Positions 1 through 9,021 of a DNA stretch of 64,000 nt are shown here, piece after piece. Within the stretch, counting starts at the first letter, position 1; every line of letters starts with the position of its first letter. The stretch comes from a bacterium. Its GTDB lineage: Bacteria > Verrucomicrobiota > Kiritimatiellia > CAIKKV01 > CAITUY01. The notes under the pieces are model-generated. The model ran no database searches and was not told where the DNA came from. It was given only the letters and a program-made list of their open reading frames with translations. Both the position numbers and the translations under genes were made by a program. The DNA is taken from NCBI GenBank assembly GCA_037128595.1, contig JBAXWB010000007.1, positions 96,588-160,587 on the forward strand. The letters run 5' to 3'.

Positions 1-872
1 TCCTGTTCCGGTGTCACCGTTATCTTGCCACGCTTCAAATCAATGTGTTTCCAGTCTAGTGGGCCATGATCGGTCTTTTCGCCATGCATCTCGACAGGGC
101 GCAAGCCTGCAAAAAGGCCAATGGCGACATAAGGGATAAGTTCTGGATCTTTCTTGACTGTGGCACGGAGCAACTGCTCGACTTCTTTCGGGGTCAAGTA
201 GGTGATCGGTTTCTTATCCAGTCGCGGCACTTCCATAATCATGACCGGGTTCTCAGCCATGAAACGCCGTTTAACAGCCCACTGAAAGAATGCGCCCAGA
301 TGCCTCATGACAGACCGACGCGTCACCATCGTAAATTTCTTTGACCGGAGCCAGTCTTCCAGAACGGCAACCGTGATGTGGGCGATTGGTTTGGAGCCAT
401 AGTCTCGGCAGAAGAAGGTTAATCTGTCAGAGTACGCCCTTACAGTAAGCGCCCTGCATCCCCGTTCTTTCCTCGACATAATAAACTCAGGCATCGCCTC
501 TGCCACCGTTTTCTTGCCATGGGCGGAGTGGTTGTGACGCATATAGAATGCGGCAGCATCAGATAATCGCACGGTTCTTTTGAGAATGCCCAGCCCTTGA
601 GCCGCGTCCATTAAATCGTCGTTCGTCAGTTTAGTGGCAAATTGACCGATCCGTTTTGACAGTGATTTCTGTCGCTCTGTATCGACATCCTTCTTCTTTC
701 CCCAGTTACGGATTGCACGCTCAGCCTGGGCAAGCGTTTTGAACGATTGGCGGGTACGCTTAGTGTTCACCTGGCCGAAGTCCACATCATAGCGCACGTA
801 CCTGTGCCCCTTGACCATGCAGACCCGCTCGTGTATCTTTGGTTCTGGTGTCTCTTGAACTTCTGTGTTCAT
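1..872 (-). CDS. tyrosine-type site-specific integrase (partial; C-terminus beyond window start)
   Basis: Absent from the ORF track because there is no stop inside the window. Minus-strand translation from ATG 872-870 is open to position 1 and reads MNTEVQETPEPKIHERV...RAYSDRLTFFCRDYGSKPIAHI...LTPKEVEQLLRATVKKDPELIPYVAIGLFAGLRPVEM...HIDLKRGKITV. That is a SAM-like core-binding region followed by the start of a catalytic domain with the GLRxxE arginine box. The start faces the 5' side of tRNA-Leu 110 bp away. Confidence 0.65.
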   Translation of the reverse strand, partial: MNTEVQETPEPKIHERVCMVKGHRYVRYDVDFGQVNTKRTRQSFKTLAQAERAIRNWGKKKDVDTERQKSLSKRIGQFATKLTNDDLMDAAQGLGILKRTVRLSDAAAFYMRHNHSAHGKKTVAEAMPEFIMSRKERGCRALTVRAYSDRLTFFCRDYGSKPIAHITVAVLEDWLRSKKFTMVTRRSVMRHLGAFFQWAVKRRFMAENPVMIMEVPRLDKKPITYLTPKEVEQLLRATVKKDPELIPYVAIGLFAGLRPVEMHGEKTDHGPLDWKHIDLKRGKITVTPEQ

Positions 873-873
873 T

Positions 874-930
874 GTTTGCGCCTTTTTTTAGGTGATTTCT
901 GCGGAAATAGTGGCGCAAACTGGCGCAAAC
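874..930. repeat. three copies of GGCGCAAAC (one inverted at 874-882; tandem direct TGGCGCAAAC x2 at 911-930) in the integrase leader
   Basis: Read directly: gtttgcgcc ... tggcgcaaactggcgcaaac between the integrase start and the tRNA. Candidate arm-type or regulatory sites. Confidence 0.5.
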
Positions 931-982
931 GTCAACACTGAAAAAGCATGATACGCCGTAAGTAGTTAACAGTCAGTATGTT

Positions 983-1064
983 GGGCGAGTGGTGAAATTG
1001 GCAGACACGCAAGACTTAGGATCTTGTGCCGCAAGGCTTGGGGGTTCAAGTCCCCCCCCGCCCA
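983..1064 (+). tRNA. tRNA-Leu (anticodon TAG), long variable arm, no encoded CCA
   Basis: Cloverleaf read by hand: acceptor GGGCGAG/CCCGCCC (one A-C mismatch); D-arm GGTGAAATTGGCAGAC typical of Leu; anticodon stem CAAGA/TCTTG with loop CTTAGGA (anticodon TAG); variable hairpin GCC-GCAA-GGC; T-arm GGGGG-TTCAAGT-CCCCC; discriminator A. Confidence 0.8.
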
Positions 1065-1084
1065 TTTAATAAAGAAGAGATACT

Positions 1085-1684
1085 ATGAGCAAAAAACACC
1101 ATCACGAACCGGCCGCAACCCCTCCTGTCGAGACGGAACCCACCCCGGTGGTTGCTGAGCCCGTGACCGAACCTGTCGTCGAGCCACTCTCCATTGACCC
1201 CAAGGATCAGGAAATTGCCGCCTTGAAGGATCGGCTCCTGCGGTTGCAGGCGGACTTCGATAATTTCCGCAAGCGCACCCTCCGGGACCGGGAAGACATG
1301 GCGCGCCGCGCCGGGGAACGCCTGCTGCAGGATCTCCTCCCTATCGTGGATCATTTCGAGCTGGGTCTTGAAGCGGCCCGCCAGAATCACATCAAACACA
1401 GCGTGATCGAGGGGTTTGAAGGCATTCTCAAACAGTTCAAAACGAATCTTGATAAAGCCGGAGTGACCCCCATTGAAACGAAGGGGCAGCTCTTCGACCC
1501 GAATTGCCATGAATGTGTCACCCAGCTCGCTTCCGAGGAGCATCCGGAAGGCACGATCATCGAGGAGACCCGCAAGGGCTATAAACTGGGCACCTACCTT
1601 CTCCGCGCCTCACAAGTGATTGTCTCGACCGGACCGGCCCGCGCGGCAGAACCGGCCGCCAGTCAAGAACCACCGGTGTCTTAA
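1085..1684 (+). CDS. grpE: nucleotide exchange factor GrpE
   Basis: 199 aa; IAALKDRLLRLQADFDNFRKRTLRDRE ... LLPIVDHFELGL motifs typical of GrpE; Pro/Glu-rich N-terminal tail. Confidence 0.9.
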   Translation: MSKKHHHEPAATPPVETEPTPVVAEPVTEPVVEPLSIDPKDQEIAALKDRLLRLQADFDNFRKRTLRDREDMARRAGERLLQDLLPIVDHFELGLEAARQNHIKHSVIEGFEGILKQFKTNLDKAGVTPIETKGQLFDPNCHECVTQLASEEHPEGTIIEETRKGYKLGTYLLRASQVIVSTGPARAAEPAASQEPPVS

Positions 1685-1699
1685 TCACGCGCACAATAG

Positions 1700-1797
1700 T
1701 TTGAACAGAAGTCACGAAGGTCATAAAGAAGATTTTTCTTAACCGCCTCCGGCGGAAAACGATTCCCCCTTCGTGGTCTTCGCGGCTTCTGTTCAAA
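1700..1797. terminator. long imperfect inverted repeat (12-bp outer stem TTTGAACAGAAG/CTTCTGTTCAAA, inner CGAAGG stems, central CCGCC-TCC-GGCGG hairpin) between convergent grpE and CDF genes; putative bidirectional terminator
   Basis: Read directly from sequence; no long T-run, so Rho-independent function is uncertain. Confidence 0.35.
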
Positions 1798-1818
1798 TTC
1801 TTTTCTGACCTGAATTCT

Positions 1819-2751
1819 TTACAGCCGCGTCAGATCCTCATGCGGTTCCGCATGGGGATTAATGTGAATCATCACATCCCCGATGTTCGGGAACTGGCAG
1901 AATAACTGGCGCTTGACGCTGGTGGCCACATCGTGGGACCGCTTGACGGTCATCAGCGCATCCATCTCAAGCTTCAAATCCACAATCAGGTATTGCCCGG
2001 ACCGGCGCCCCCTGATTTCATGAATGCCCGCCACGCCGTCAACCCCGGCGGCCGTCTGGCTCATTTCCGCCAACAGCTCCGCAGGGAGCGAGACGTCCAT
2101 CAGATCGCCCAGCGCAGGACGGAGCGTCTCCCAGCCAATCCGGATGATAAAGAAGGCCGAGACCACCGCCGCAATCGGGTCCATGATCTTCCAGCCGAGA
2201 TATGCGCCGGTGACCCCGATTAACGTGGCGATGGACGTGATGGCATCCTTGCGATGATCCTTCGCGACGGCCAGGACGGAGGGACTTTCCAGATGCCCCG
2301 CGACCCGCAGGGTATACCGGCAGAGCCCTTCCTTGATGAGAATGGTCATCGCCGCGGCGATGACCGCGATCATGGCCGGGGTTTCAAGTTGATGGATGAT
2401 CATGGTGTGGGCGGATTTCCAAACAATCCCCACCCCGGTCATCAGGATCAGGCTGGCTACCAGAATCGCCGACACACTCTCCGCCTTACCATGTCCATAG
2501 GGGTGTTGCTGATCAAACCGCTTCCGGCCCATCCGCAACGCCACCATGGCGGAGGTGATGGCAAAGAAGTCACACATGCTCTCCAGGCCGTCCGCAAACA
2601 CCGCCTCGGATTTACCATACCAGCCGGCCGTCAACTTCAATACCATCAGAAAGGCATTGACTCCGAAGCCAACCCAGATCACCAGTTCGGCCCGGTCAAA
2701 TCGGTCGTCACGGTCTTTTTTTTCGTCGCTAGACATGATGCCGGTTCCCAT
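1819..2751 (-). CDS. cation diffusion facilitator (CDF) family divalent-cation efflux transporter
   Basis: 310 aa; TM-rich N-terminal half plus cytoplasmic C-domain; LKLTAGWYGKSEAVFADGLESMCDF ... HGKAESVSAILVASLIL resembles CzcD/FieF-type CDF proteins. Confidence 0.8.
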   Translation of the reverse strand: MGTGIMSSDEKKDRDDRFDRAELVIWVGFGVNAFLMVLKLTAGWYGKSEAVFADGLESMCDFFAITSAMVALRMGRKRFDQQHPYGHGKAESVSAILVASLILMTGVGIVWKSAHTMIIHQLETPAMIAVIAAAMTILIKEGLCRYTLRVAGHLESPSVLAVAKDHRKDAITSIATLIGVTGAYLGWKIMDPIAAVVSAFFIIRIGWETLRPALGDLMDVSLPAELLAEMSQTAAGVDGVAGIHEIRGRRSGQYLIVDLKLEMDALMTVKRSHDVATSVKRQLFCQFPNIGDVMIHINPHAEPHEDLTRL

Positions 2752-2774
2752 TGATTAAGCAATTTATCCCGCCG

Positions 2775-3590
2775 TTATGGCCGGGATGCCCCCCGCGATT
2801 TTTCATATTCCACAAGGGCTTGCGGCAGTTCCGCTTCCAGCCGCTTGATGCGCGTGGCATCCACCGGATGCGTGCTGAGGAACTGGATCTGGGACCCACC
2901 CTCCTTATTGTTGAAGGCGGCAAACCGCCGCCAGAACTCCACCGCCTGCCGGGGATCATAGCCCGCGCGGGCCATATAAATCAATCCGAGATGATCCGCC
3001 TCCAATTCCTGTTGCCGTGAATGGGGCAAGGCCACTGCCAGACTGCTCCCGACGCCGTAGGCAGCCAACACCGCCAGCCGATTGACATCGGACTTATCCT
3101 TCACCACCTGATCCAGCGCCACCCCGCCCACCGCGATGAGCAGGGCCTCTGACATCCGCTCTCCGCCATGCCGGGCAATGGCATGCGACACTTCATGCCC
3201 GATCACGGTGGCCATCCCGGCTTCATCCGCGGTGATTTTCAGGATACCGGTATAGACCCCGACTTTCCCGCCCGGCAGACAAAAGGCGTTCACTGTCTTG
3301 GCATCGTCAAAGACCACAAACTCCCACTGGGCATCGGGCATCGGCGCCACGGCGGCGATCCGCGTCCCCACCCGGCGCACCAGCGCGTTGAGTTCCGCAT
3401 CCTTGGACACCGGCGTGTCTTTCTTGAGTTTCTGGAACTCCGTCAGACCCAACTGCGCTTCCGTGCCGGAACTGGTCAGCAGCAATTGCCGCCGCCCCGT
3501 CTCAGGCACGGTGGCACAGGACATCAGCAACATCGCGGCCATCAGCGCCAGGCCGAACCGGCCAAAAGAGGATAAGTGGACGAATTTCAT
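2775..3590 (-). CDS. M48 family zinc metallopeptidase (lipoprotein-type signal, LMSC)
   Basis: HExxH (VIGHEVSHAIARHGGER) in an M48/Ste24-like context; N-terminal signal ending LLMSCAT. Confidence 0.75.
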   Translation of the reverse strand: MKFVHLSSFGRFGLALMAAMLLMSCATVPETGRRQLLLTSSGTEAQLGLTEFQKLKKDTPVSKDAELNALVRRVGTRIAAVAPMPDAQWEFVVFDDAKTVNAFCLPGGKVGVYTGILKITADEAGMATVIGHEVSHAIARHGGERMSEALLIAVGGVALDQVVKDKSDVNRLAVLAAYGVGSSLAVALPHSRQQELEADHLGLIYMARAGYDPRQAVEFWRRFAAFNNKEGGSQIQFLSTHPVDATRIKRLEAELPQALVEYEKSRGASRP

Positions 3591-3639
3591 TTCACAGGAT
3601 CATAACAGGCATCGCGCGACCCGTAAAGATGCACCATAC

Positions 3640-4437
3640 TCACCGCAAGGACTTCAGCCACTTCTGCTCCATGGCCTCCACGGAGGGGAGGTCAGAGGAA
3701 TAGACTGACGTCAGGGCCGCGTCGACCGTTTTGCCGTCGCGCAAAGCTTTGCAGAACGACCCGAAGCGGGGCCCTCCATACATCGTAATCATGAACCCCA
3801 CGACGCTGGCTGATTGCGCATAGAACACAGCCACCCGCTGTTGATCCGGATCCTGGCGGATATCGGCGACCATCAACTCTTTCAACTTGAACCCCAGTCC
3901 CTGCCTGAAGCCACTGGATTTCCGCCCCTCCTGCTCCCATTGGGCGAAGCCCTCGGTCAGCCACAAGGGCACCCGGTCATGTCCCATGAAGTCCGAAAGG
4001 ATCAGATGCGACAGCTCATGGGGCAGCAGGGATGTCAGGAACCCTGCCCCGCTTTGCGGGTAGCTGGCGATTTCATGCCGCTCATAGCTGGCCCGGCCGG
4101 TGGCCCAGACGGGGGCCTGACAGGCATCGGCAAAGGCCCGGGCCGTCGGGTAGATCAGGATTTTGACCCGGTTATCCCAGACCCAGAAGTTCTGATATCG
4201 CGTAAACCCCAGATCCGCGGCTATCGCGGTATAATAGGACTCGGCTTTATCGGAGACACTGTTGGCAAAGGGTTCATCGCCGGTATGCATGACAATAAAA
4301 TGGGTGGATTTCACCACCTGCCACTCCTGGGTAGATGCGGCGGGAGCGACACGGGGAAGTGCCAGTAAGGCCATCATTACCCCAACAGCCAGTTTCCGCA
4401 CCCTGGCCAAGCATAACGGGCTCATAGTCATTATCAC
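3640..4437 (-). CDS. peptidase MA-like (Peptidase_MA_2-type) secreted zinc-dependent protein
   Basis: Signal peptide; HELSHL...LWLTEGFAQWEQEG, a zincin HExxH plus a downstream Glu. Confidence 0.5.
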   Translation of the reverse strand: MIMTMSPLCLARVRKLAVGVMMALLALPRVAPAASTQEWQVVKSTHFIVMHTGDEPFANSVSDKAESYYTAIAADLGFTRYQNFWVWDNRVKILIYPTARAFADACQAPVWATGRASYERHEIASYPQSGAGFLTSLLPHELSHLILSDFMGHDRVPLWLTEGFAQWEQEGRKSSGFRQGLGFKLKELMVADIRQDPDQQRVAVFYAQSASVVGFMITMYGGPRFGSFCKALRDGKTVDAALTSVYSSDLPSVEAMEQKWLKSLR

Positions 4438-4487
4438 CCGCTAAAGTTAGCACATTTTATCAGTCTGTAGTGGGCAAAATTCTGACG

Positions 4488-5111
4488 TCAGAGGCGTGCA
4501 TTGCTCACCCACCCGTTCAACCATCCCGCAATAAACGCCCCCTGTTTCTCCCGTATGTGCTCATGGAAGTGGACATGATCACAGTAGAGGTCCGGGCCCA
4601 GATTGCGCGTGAACGTGTAAAGGTCCAGCAACGGGACTCCTGCCTGACTCATGACGCGATCCGCCACGGCATTGTAGGCGACCCCATCGGCAGAGAAGCG
4701 ATACATACTGATACCAGGGCTGTTATGCACGGCCTCATCGCAGGGAGTGGTGCGAATCCAGACCAGTTTGACTCGCAACTCACTGGCGACAACGACAATG
4801 GAACGGAGGTTCTGTTCGTAATCATCGAGCGCTACCTGGGGTTTATTGGTCTGGAGATCCCGCCTAATGTCATGGAGCCCGCAATTCACCAGAAGGAGAT
4901 CGGCCTCAAGCCCTCCCGTTCGCGCCAATCCTTTCAAATAGGCTAACACCATCGAGGAGTCGCCCCCGTTGGCGCCCTGGGGATTGTCCAGATTCAGCAA
5001 CGCCTCGGCGTCCCCCTCCTTTCGCGCGTACTCCACTACGCCAGTCAGATAGTTCTTCAAATAGGGGCCATAGTGGATAGATATACTGTCACCGATCACA
5101 TAAATTTTCAT
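4488..5111 (-). CDS. SGNH/GDSL family hydrolase
   Basis: MKIYVIGDSIS N-terminal GDS(L) block; C-terminal DHVHF block. Confidence 0.7.
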   Translation of the reverse strand: MKIYVIGDSISIHYGPYLKNYLTGVVEYARKEGDAEALLNLDNPQGANGGDSSMVLAYLKGLARTGGLEADLLLVNCGLHDIRRDLQTNKPQVALDDYEQNLRSIVVVASELRVKLVWIRTTPCDEAVHNSPGISMYRFSADGVAYNAVADRVMSQAGVPLLDLYTFTRNLGPDLYCDHVHFHEHIREKQGAFIAGWLNGWVSNARL

Positions 5112-5146
5112 CGGATGTTCCTTAACGGCTCTCTTTACAGGCCTGG

Positions 5147-6391
5147 TTAGAGTGTAGCCACATCCACCATCCGCCCCTCACGGCGTGATTTTTCAGCGGC
5201 AAACACAATGGAATGGGTTTTCAGCGATTCCTGCGCGTTGGCCACCAGACTCCGGTCATCGCGACTGTGCAGGGCCTGGAGCCATTCACGTACGACGCGT
5301 TCATCCCCGCCTCCATGCCCCCCGGCCTCCTCCCCGATGTCAATGCGGGTGACATTCTTGTCGGCAAAGGTCTTGATCGTGATGGACTGCTGGTCAAAAC
5401 TGATATCACCCAGGGTGCCGTGGATCCGAAGCCGCCGCCCATGATCCAATGCAAACGCCGTCATCGTGAATGTAACCGTGATGTTGCCTTCGAACAGCAT
5501 ATTGACCGTCTGGTGATCCACCACGTCATTGTCACATTTCCAGACGCAACGGCCATAAGGCCCCGTCCGGATGGCCGCCATGTGCGCCTCATACGAATGA
5601 TCGGGGCTGACCACATTGGCCGGCCAGTCCTGCCGGCGGCCATGGACATAGGCTTTGATCGCCGAGTAGGTGCAGGAAGGTTCCAGCGGACAGGCCTCCG
5701 TGCAGCGGTCAGCACTACCCGCCGGGGCTTTATCGCGCCGGAAATAATTCAGGGCACCAAAGGAGCTCACCTTGAGACACGGCCGGTTCACCAGATAGGA
5801 GATATAATCAATGTCATGACAACTCTTGGCCATCAGCATGAAGGTCGCCGGTGCCTCTTTTCCCCAGTTGCCACGCACGAAACTATGAGCCTGGTGCCAG
5901 TAGGTAACCTGCTCAATATGGTCAACCGTGACGAGTTCTCCGATGACGCCACTGGAAACCAGCTCCTTCACCTTGCGGAACCCCTTCTGGTACCTGAGGG
6001 AATGACAGACGGCAACGAGCCGGCCTGTCCGCCGCTGGGCCGCCTCGATGGCCCGACAATCCTCGATCGAGGTTGCCATGGGCTTCTCCAGCAGGACATC
6101 ATACCCGAGGTCCATGCAGGCCACCGCCGGTCCGACATGGTCCTGATCCATGGTGGCAATCACCACGGCGTCGGCCATGGCAGGCCGAGCCACAAACTCA
6201 TGCCAGTCCGAAAACACCTGATTGCGGGGAATATCATGAGTCTTTGCCAGCGCTTCGCGATAGGCCTCACGAGGCTCGGCCACCGCCGTCACCTTGCCCA
6301 GGTAAGAATACTGCTGGATGAGCGTGGCAAATCCCGTGCCACGGCCACCGGCTCCAAGAATGGCGATTGTCTTCAATTTTTTCGAGGTCAT
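5147..6391 (-). CDS. Gfo/Idh/MocA family NAD(P)-dependent oxidoreductase
   Basis: LKTIAILGAGGRGTGF Rossmann start; EKPMATS motif; 414 aa. Confidence 0.8.
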   Translation of the reverse strand: MTSKKLKTIAILGAGGRGTGFATLIQQYSYLGKVTAVAEPREAYREALAKTHDIPRNQVFSDWHEFVARPAMADAVVIATMDQDHVGPAVACMDLGYDVLLEKPMATSIEDCRAIEAAQRRTGRLVAVCHSLRYQKGFRKVKELVSSGVIGELVTVDHIEQVTYWHQAHSFVRGNWGKEAPATFMLMAKSCHDIDYISYLVNRPCLKVSSFGALNYFRRDKAPAGSADRCTEACPLEPSCTYSAIKAYVHGRRQDWPANVVSPDHSYEAHMAAIRTGPYGRCVWKCDNDVVDHQTVNMLFEGNITVTFTMTAFALDHGRRLRIHGTLGDISFDQQSITIKTFADKNVTRIDIGEEAGGHGGGDERVVREWLQALHSRDDRSLVANAQESLKTHSIVFAAEKSRREGRMVDVATL

Positions 6392-6456
6392 GATCGGCTC
6401 TTTCCTTCTGGTTATTTCGATTCACTATATGTCGATGGCCACAGGGTTGCCTGGCT

Positions 6457-7668
6457 TCACTTAAACAGTTCTTCCACCCTCACCGTGCGTTCTTCACGCC
6501 GGGACAGTTCCGCAGCCTGCCCGATGGCGGTGGCCCAAAGGCCGTGCTCCGTCGTTGAGGTGTTGACCTCTTCCCCTTTCAAGACCCGGAAGAAGGAATT
6601 GATCAATTCGGGATCAGCGCCCCCATGCCCGCCGCTTTCCTCCGGAATATGATAGGTAATGACTTCCTTGCTCCAGCGGGGGCGGACCGTAATCTCCCGC
6701 TTGTCCACGCTGGCTTCAGCTTGTCCCAGCTCACCGACCACGGTGTAGAGCCGGTCTGTCACCGAGGTCACAAAACACTCCAGATGACTGGCCTTGGCCC
6801 CGTTTTCATATTCCACCATGGCGATCCCGTTATCATGGGTATCCTTGTCCGACAGGTACAGGCAGAGATCTTTGGAATAGCCATCACAGGCAACCGCACG
6901 GTCATTCCAGGGGCTTTCCTGGATATTCGGGATAATATTGATATCGGGGCAAACGGCGCCATAGGCGCATTCATGACAGGTGGGCCCCACCGGCACTCCG
7001 GGCTTCACGGCAAAGGGGAGATGTTTCGAATTGAACACATCCACCCCGGCAAAGGCGCTGACCTTGACCGGTTTGGGAAAGTCCAGCAGCCAGTTGAACA
7101 CATCAAAATCATGACTCCCCTTGTGGATCCAGAGACCGCCGCTCTTGGCATAGAGCCGGTTCCAGCGCGCCATATAGGTGCGGCCCCCATCATAGAATTC
7201 CCGGTTCTCGATCAGGAAGATGCGCCCTAACGTTCCTGAAGAAATCACTTTTTTCAGGCGCCTCACGACCGCGTGATGCCGCAAATTGAACCCCATCATG
7301 GCGACTTTTCCCGCCTTTTCGGAGGCCTTGATGATGTTCTGACAGGCTTTGACAGACGTTGCCAGGGGTTTGTCAATGAGGACATGCACCCCGCTACTCA
7401 AAGCTTCCACCGCATTGGATTCATGACAACAATCCGGGCTGGTAATCACCACCGCATCAGGCTTCTCGGCCGCAATCAGGGCGGTAATGGAGGAGTAAAA
7501 GGCAGGCTTGAGCCCCAATTCCCTGGCCGTCAGCTCCATCCGGACGGGATTAGGATCACAAAATGCCACAATCTCCGCATCCTTCCGGGTGGCGATTTCC
7601 TTGCCAAACGCCAATACACAGCGCCCCCCCGTCCCGATCAACCCTACTCTCAATTTCTGCTTATTCAT
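6457..7668 (-). CDS. Gfo/Idh/MocA family oxidoreductase (start moved to internal ATG, MNKQKLRVGLIGTGG)
   Basis: The track ORF runs to 7983, but its first 105 aa overlap the upstream gene in another frame. The true start at 7668 gives ATGAATAA, an 8-nt overlap with the stop of the FAD oxidoreductase; VGLIGTGGR ... LIDKPLATS motifs. Confidence 0.75.
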   Translation of the reverse strand: MNKQKLRVGLIGTGGRCVLAFGKEIATRKDAEIVAFCDPNPVRMELTARELGLKPAFYSSITALIAAEKPDAVVITSPDCCHESNAVEALSSGVHVLIDKPLATSVKACQNIIKASEKAGKVAMMGFNLRHHAVVRRLKKVISSGTLGRIFLIENREFYDGGRTYMARWNRLYAKSGGLWIHKGSHDFDVFNWLLDFPKPVKVSAFAGVDVFNSKHLPFAVKPGVPVGPTCHECAYGAVCPDINIIPNIQESPWNDRAVACDGYSKDLCLYLSDKDTHDNGIAMVEYENGAKASHLECFVTSVTDRLYTVVGELGQAEASVDKREITVRPRWSKEVITYHIPEESGGHGGADPELINSFFRVLKGEEVNTSTTEHGLWATAIGQAAELSRREERTVRVEELFK

Positions 7669-8902
7669 GTATTTCCTTAACGATGAATGGATCCAATAAT
7701 ACTCCTTGGCCCTGTAGCTTTTTTTGCAGGATCCGAACGTCCAAAGCATGCACATCCGTAGTCGTCTGTCTGGCCGCAAGGGCGGCGGCCGTACCCGCCG
7801 CCTCCCCTGAAACGGCACACGGCGGAATGGCCCGGGTGACATCCCATGCCGTCGTATCGGCGGAGAGGCAACGCCCGGCCGCAAGCAGGTTATCCGTATG
7901 CACCCCGCAAAGGGACCGGAACGGCAAGGCATAGACCGGTCCGGACTTCCGCCAGTCGCCCGTGAACCCGATGGCATCGTCAAACCATTGATGCAGATGC
8001 TTCTCGCCGAGACTGAATGCGCCGATCAGTCGACGCGTCATCCGGAAGCAGGCAATCGTGGCAGGCATGACAAGTTGCACATCCTTATCTGGATGAGCGG
8101 CACGCAGGGTCTCCATCGCGGAACGAAGGGTTTCCCTCGTCTTCAGGATGTGACCGGTCACCTGATCCCCATCATCACCCCGGAAGAACGGCGCCCGCCC
8201 CCCCTCCCGCGTCCCCAGGCTGCAATACTTATTCGAATGAAAGTTCAGTTTAAGTTCATCTGCCGTAAAGGTGTAAAACCACCCTGCAAACACGTTCGAA
8301 TCCAGCGATTCGGTTGCTTCACCGGCCACAAAGCACACATCGGCATCACCCGTCGCATCCACCACCACTCCACACGCGATCGCAAAACGGCCGCTCTTAT
8401 TTTCCACGATGACATGCGTGATGCGCCTGCCCTCACGCTGGATCGCGCAGAAACGGGTGTCGTATAACAGTTTGACTCCAGAATCGACCACCAGTTTCTC
8501 CAGGGCCATCATGTAGGAAGCAGGATTGAAACAGGATTCATAGCGCGCTTTCTTGCGCTCCTCCACCTTGCCACCCTGCCGCCAACATTCCGGAATCCCC
8601 TTGAAATAGGCCGAATCATTATTGCGGATCAAATCGGCGACTGATAATTTCAACAGCTCTTCGCCCAACCCGCCAATGACCTGGCGCCCACGCCCATCAC
8701 AGATCGGCAACCACATCGTGACGTTACCCAATGTCGCAAGCCCGCCCAGGGCGCTTTGCTTATCCAACAGGCAGACGGAGACCCCATTACGGGCGGCCGC
8801 CACGGCGGCGGCCACTCCCGCCACCCCGCCGCCGACCACAATCACATCAAACTTTCCGGTTACGGGGAGCTCACGTGAAGGCTCAAGTATGGTCATGTTC
8901 AT
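7661..8902 (-). CDS. FAD-dependent oxidoreductase (FAD_oxidored family)
   Basis: FDVIVVGGGVAGVAAAVAAARNGVSVCLLDK dinucleotide fold; first gene of a minus-strand operon with the two Gfo/Idh/MocA genes. Confidence 0.7.
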   Translation of the reverse strand: MNMTILEPSRELPVTGKFDVIVVGGGVAGVAAAVAAARNGVSVCLLDKQSALGGLATLGNVTMWLPICDGRGRQVIGGLGEELLKLSVADLIRNNDSAYFKGIPECWRQGGKVEERKKARYESCFNPASYMMALEKLVVDSGVKLLYDTRFCAIQREGRRITHVIVENKSGRFAIACGVVVDATGDADVCFVAGEATESLDSNVFAGWFYTFTADELKLNFHSNKYCSLGTREGGRAPFFRGDDGDQVTGHILKTRETLRSAMETLRAAHPDKDVQLVMPATIACFRMTRRLIGAFSLGEKHLHQWFDDAIGFTGDWRKSGPVYALPFRSLCGVHTDNLLAAGRCLSADTTAWDVTRAIPPCAVSGEAAGTAAALAARQTTTDVHALDVRILQKKLQGQGVLLDPFIVKEIHE

Positions 8903-8994
8903 GTGTTATTCCAGGATTCCGTCGGTTTGACACAGCACGGGCTTCTTTGTTATATAGATGTTCAGAAAATTCAGCAAATTCGTCAACTCACAGT

Positions 8995-9020
8995 TTGTGA
9001 TTTTATCGGGTGGTTTGTGA
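8995..9020 (+). promoter_or_regulatory. TTGTGA-N14-TTGTGA direct repeat (site d) in the divergent AraC / FAD-oxidoreductase intergenic region, overlapping the AraC start
   Basis: GTTTGTGAttttatcgggtgGTTTGTGACATGcg; the same architecture recurs at 15107, 21509 and 26584. Confidence 0.55.
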
Positions 9021-9021
9021 C

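Noticed and set aside
66-344. 92-aa plus-strand ORF near the window start
   Set aside because: Antisense to the integrase coding sequence.
5213-6652. 479-aa plus-strand ORF
   Set aside because: Antisense to the Gfo/Idh/MocA gene; a long open frame typical of GC-rich antisense strands, with no motifs.
7669-7983. N-terminal 105-aa extension of the second Gfo/Idh/MocA ORF (the track gives 508 aa)
   Set aside because: It overlaps the FAD-oxidoreductase gene in another frame, has no similarity to the family, and a canonical MNKQKLRVGLIGTGG start with ATGAATAA coupling is present at 7668.
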